A stretch of DNA of 64,000 bases, taken from positions 96,001 through 160,000 of IMG/VR virus record IMGVR_UViG_3300042090_002485; one strand, given 5' to 3'. This DNA comes from a virus. Position numbers and translations under genes: made by a program. A model generated the notes under the pieces. That model was not told where the DNA came from and ran no database searches. It saw nothing but the letters and a program-made list of their open reading frames with translations. Positions within the stretch are counted from its first letter, which is position 1. Every line of letters begins with the position of its first letter. Of the stretch, positions 61,656 through 64,000 are shown one piece after another.

Positions 61656-62630
61656 TCACCAGAACCACACGATGACGAATCCAGGGCCACCAGCGCCACC
61701 CGCGCCACCCGTCCCGCCCGACGTTCCCCCGCCTCCGCCTCCGCCGCCTCCGCCGCAACCCCACGCGCCTTGCCCGCCACGCCCCGCGGTGCCGCTGGCT
61801 TTGCCTCCGCCGCCCGAACCGCCACTGAACGCAAAGATCTGATGCGGGAAGTCGCCGTGGAAGCTGGCCATGTCCATCTGGCAGTTCACGTTGAAGCCGG
61901 GGTTACCAGGGCTACCGCCCGCGGCGCCGCCCGCGATGGTGTTGACCAGACCTGCACCGGTGATCGCGCCGCCCGCGCCGTTGGTCGTCGACGCGTTGCT
62001 ACTGCCGCCCCCGGCGCCGCCGGAGAGCGGAGGCAGCGTCGTGCCTGAGCCGCCCCACACCTCTGCTGTTCCCGTACCACCCGACGTCGAACCTCCCGTG
62101 GTTCCTGATTGTCCAACGAGCGCCACCCAGAGGCCGAACTGGGAGAATGCGGTGAGTGCGCGCGTTGCCGCAGTCTCCGCGGCGCCACCGCTCGCCGAAG
62201 ACGTGCTGCCCTGCGTGCCGCCCACGGCTGCCGCGGTGCCCGACACCAAAATGAGGTCGCCTGCGACCGTCGAGCCATTCTCCGCCGATACGAACGAACG
62301 CACACCGGCGTTGCCCACCGTTGCAGCGGCCGGCGCCGCGCCACCCGCACCCGCACCGACGTAGACCGTGCGTGGCAAGAAGCGCGTCGGGATGAGCAGA
62401 TTTGCCACTGAGCCCGACCCACCGCCTCCAGCGCCCGTTCCGATCGTCGCAGCCGCGCTCGATGCTCCGCCGCCGCCGCTTGCGCCGCCGCCGACGCAGA
62501 GCCATTGGCTCATCGAGACGTTGCGAGGAATCTCCCACGGGATCCAACCGCCGGCACCGGTAGCGAACATGCCGGGCCAAACCATCACCCCGCAGTTGCG
62601 AGGGTTCGCCGCGGCGAGGGCGCTGAACAC
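61656..62630 (-). CDS. Glycine-rich virion protein, paralog A (324 aa)
   Basis: IPRNVSM...GGGGSG...IPTRFLPR...GGPGFVIVWFW. Confidence 0.8.
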   Translation of the reverse strand: MFSALAAANPRNCGVMVWPGMFATGAGGWIPWEIPRNVSMSQWLCVGGGASGGGGASSAAATIGTGAGGGGSGSVANLLIPTRFLPRTVYVGAGAGGAAPAAATVGNAGVRSFVSAENGSTVAGDLILVSGTAAAVGGTQGSTSSASGGAAETAATRALTAFSQFGLWVALVGQSGTTGGSTSGGTGTAEVWGGSGTTLPPLSGGAGGGSSNASTTNGAGGAITGAGLVNTIAGGAAGGSPGNPGFNVNCQMDMASFHGDFPHQIFAFSGGSGGGGKASGTAGRGGQGAWGCGGGGGGGGGGTSGGTGGAGGAGGPGFVIVWFW

Positions 62631-62631
62631 C

Positions 62632-63084
62632 TTAGTAGTTCGCGCCGAACGTGGTTGCGCGCAGGTTCGTGTTGGCGTTGTTGACGACGTGCGAGGAAGC
62701 CGCGAGGTATTGCCCTGTGCCCAAGCGGAATCCGAGCGGGATGTCGTACCAGTTCGTCGCCGTCGTGGTCTGGTCCGCAGTGATCGCGGGCAACGCGATC
62801 TCGGCGATGAGCCAGCAGTTCGACGTCGACGACGACCCGGTGTTCGTCGTGGCGATGTAGAGCCGGAACACGGTCGCCGCCGTCGCCGTCGCCGCCGCGC
62901 TCGCCACCGCCATGATGCGCACCGCTTCGACGTAGGAGTCGTTGGCGCCTGCCGTGAACAGCACGACCATCGACGTGCCGAACGTGCCGCCCGAGCCGTC
63001 GCTCGTGGTCAGCGCGGTGCCGCCGACCAACGCCGAGTTGATGTTCGACGCGACGCAGAACTGAGGCTGAACGTTCGCGGTCAT
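62632..63084 (-). CDS. Probable virion/tail-associated beta-rich protein (150 aa)
   Basis: AGGAG RBS; MTANVQPQF...LFTAGANDSYVEAVRI...YDIPLGFRLGTGQYLAAS. Confidence 0.7.
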   Translation of the reverse strand: MTANVQPQFCVASNINSALVGGTALTTSDGSGGTFGTSMVVLFTAGANDSYVEAVRIMAVASAAATATAATVFRLYIATTNTGSSSTSNCWLIAEIALPAITADQTTTATNWYDIPLGFRLGTGQYLAASSHVVNNANTNLRATTFGANY

Positions 63085-63091
63085 GAGGCTC

Positions 63092-63445
63092 CTACTGTGG
63101 CACCATCTTCATCGCGAACGCGATCGTCACGCCCTTGTCCGCGATGCTCGCGGCAGGAAAGTCGAGCGACACGGTGATCGTCGTCGAGAAGCTGACCGCC
63201 GAACCCGAGTTGCTCGACGACAGGATGACGTCACGCGACAGGGTCGTGCCGCTGTTGGTGAAGGTGCCGATGCCGACTTCCCAATCGCCGGCGGCATCGG
63301 TCAGCGTGTAGTAGACCGTCGCGTTCTGGGCCAGCGCGGATGTGAACGAGCGGAAGCCTGTCGTGGCGCCGGCGAGCGTCAGCGTCCCTGTACCCGCGGT
63401 GGATGAGGTCTCCTGAACACGGTCTGCATACATGAGCCCCGGCAC
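63092..63445 (-). CDS. Phage tail-associated protein (117 aa)
   Basis: YADRVQETSSTAGTGTLTLAGATTGFRSF...DWEVGIGTF...TLSR...SSNSGSAVSF is a recognisable phage tail-protein N-terminal domain. Confidence 0.75.
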   Translation of the reverse strand: MPGLMYADRVQETSSTAGTGTLTLAGATTGFRSFTSALAQNATVYYTLTDAAGDWEVGIGTFTNSGTTLSRDVILSSSNSGSAVSFSTTITVSLDFPAASIADKGVTIAFAMKMVPQ

Positions 63446-63454
63446 GCTCAGGAA

Positions 63455-64000
63455 TTATAGGGACGGCTGCTGGACGCACCGCGTACAGAGGCCGCCACCC
63501 TTGTGCGGCCGCGCGGTCTCACCGCATCGCGTGCAGGCGTCGTACTTCCGCGACCAGCGCCCCTGGGACGCGAGCGTCGGGTTGCCGCGCAGCTTCGCGG
63601 CGGCGGACTTGCGGGCGCGCGTCTCGTCGGAATCTTTCGAGCCAAGGCGCGAGGGCTTCGGTGCAGCGAGGTTGGCGAGGCTGTTCGGGTGCCGAGCGCG
63701 ACGACCGTCGACGTAGTCGGGCCCGCGCGCAGCGACTTCGGCGGCGCGCAGCTCCCGCGCGCGCTCGCGCGAGTAGCAACGCTCGCACTGCCCGTGGCCC
63801 TTGTGCGGCGAGTCGGTCTGCCCGCACTCGACGCAGTGCGCATGCTCGAGCGACCAGACGCCCATGGCTTCGCACGAGGTGGACTGGATCGGCGCGCGGC
63901 GGCCTTCGGCGTAGGCGCGCTTGAGGCCCTCGGAGATGGCAGTACGTTGTTCGTCGGGGAGGGGAGCGCCGCGGCGGGCGTCGGCGGAGGCGGCGATGGC
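63455..64000 (-). CDS. 3' part of a probable homing-endonuclease-type DNA-binding protein (NUMOD3-like segments and two Zn fingers); 5' end outside window
   Basis: Frame open from 64000; GAPLPDEQRTAISEGLK and GSKDSDETRARKSAAAK segments; two WS..H/Y..C..CG.T..PHKG.G.C..C fingers. Confidence 0.6.
   Translation of the reverse strand, partial: AIAASADARRGAPLPDEQRTAISEGLKRAYAEGRRAPIQSTSCEAMGVWSLEHAHCVECGQTDSPHKGHGQCERCYSRERARELRAAEVAARGPDYVDGRRARHPNSLANLAAPKPSRLGSKDSDETRARKSAAAKLRGNPTLASQGRWSRKYDACTRCGETARPHKGGGLCTRCVQQPSL

Noticed and set aside
1-64000. tRNA, rRNA or structured ncRNA genes
   Set aside because: Intergenic gaps are mostly under 100 nt and no cloverleaf or T-loop consensus was recognised by eye; tRNAscan-SE/Infernal would be needed to exclude them.

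Overview
High-GC segment of a large contractile-tailed (myovirus/jumbo-like) phage or prophage genome; the host cannot be determined from this window. Three blocks are visible. (1) 1-16940, minus strand: tail/baseplate operon with tail-assembly chaperones and a -1 frameshift site, tape measure, hub protein with an inserted lytic transglycosylase domain, a sigma factor, a degenerate M23 protein, gp25-like and baseplate J-like proteins, and an HNH endonuclease. (2) 17013-57179, mostly plus strand: DinG helicase, XRE HTH, RNase HII, DGQHR protein, dNMP kinase, GHKL ATPase, ThyX-like, MazG-like, methyltransferase, M20 amidohydrolase and many small ORFs. (3) 57180-64000, minus strand: a 21-aa-repeat fibre-like protein, three Gly-rich paralogs and other virion-type genes. 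Main finding: I count 41 small plus-strand ORFs (42 domains) sharing a G-x-x-H...C...T-C-x-x-C (HCCC zinc-finger-like) scaffold with hypervariable intervening sequence, mostly in translationally coupled arrays. Other highlights are a recurring GTT-N6-ATAAAC element upstream of many start codons and a 460-bp element with inverted repeats and a target-site duplication inserted between two zinc-finger genes. All family assignments come from motif recognition by eye; no database searches were run. No tRNA, rRNA or CRISPR array was recognised.
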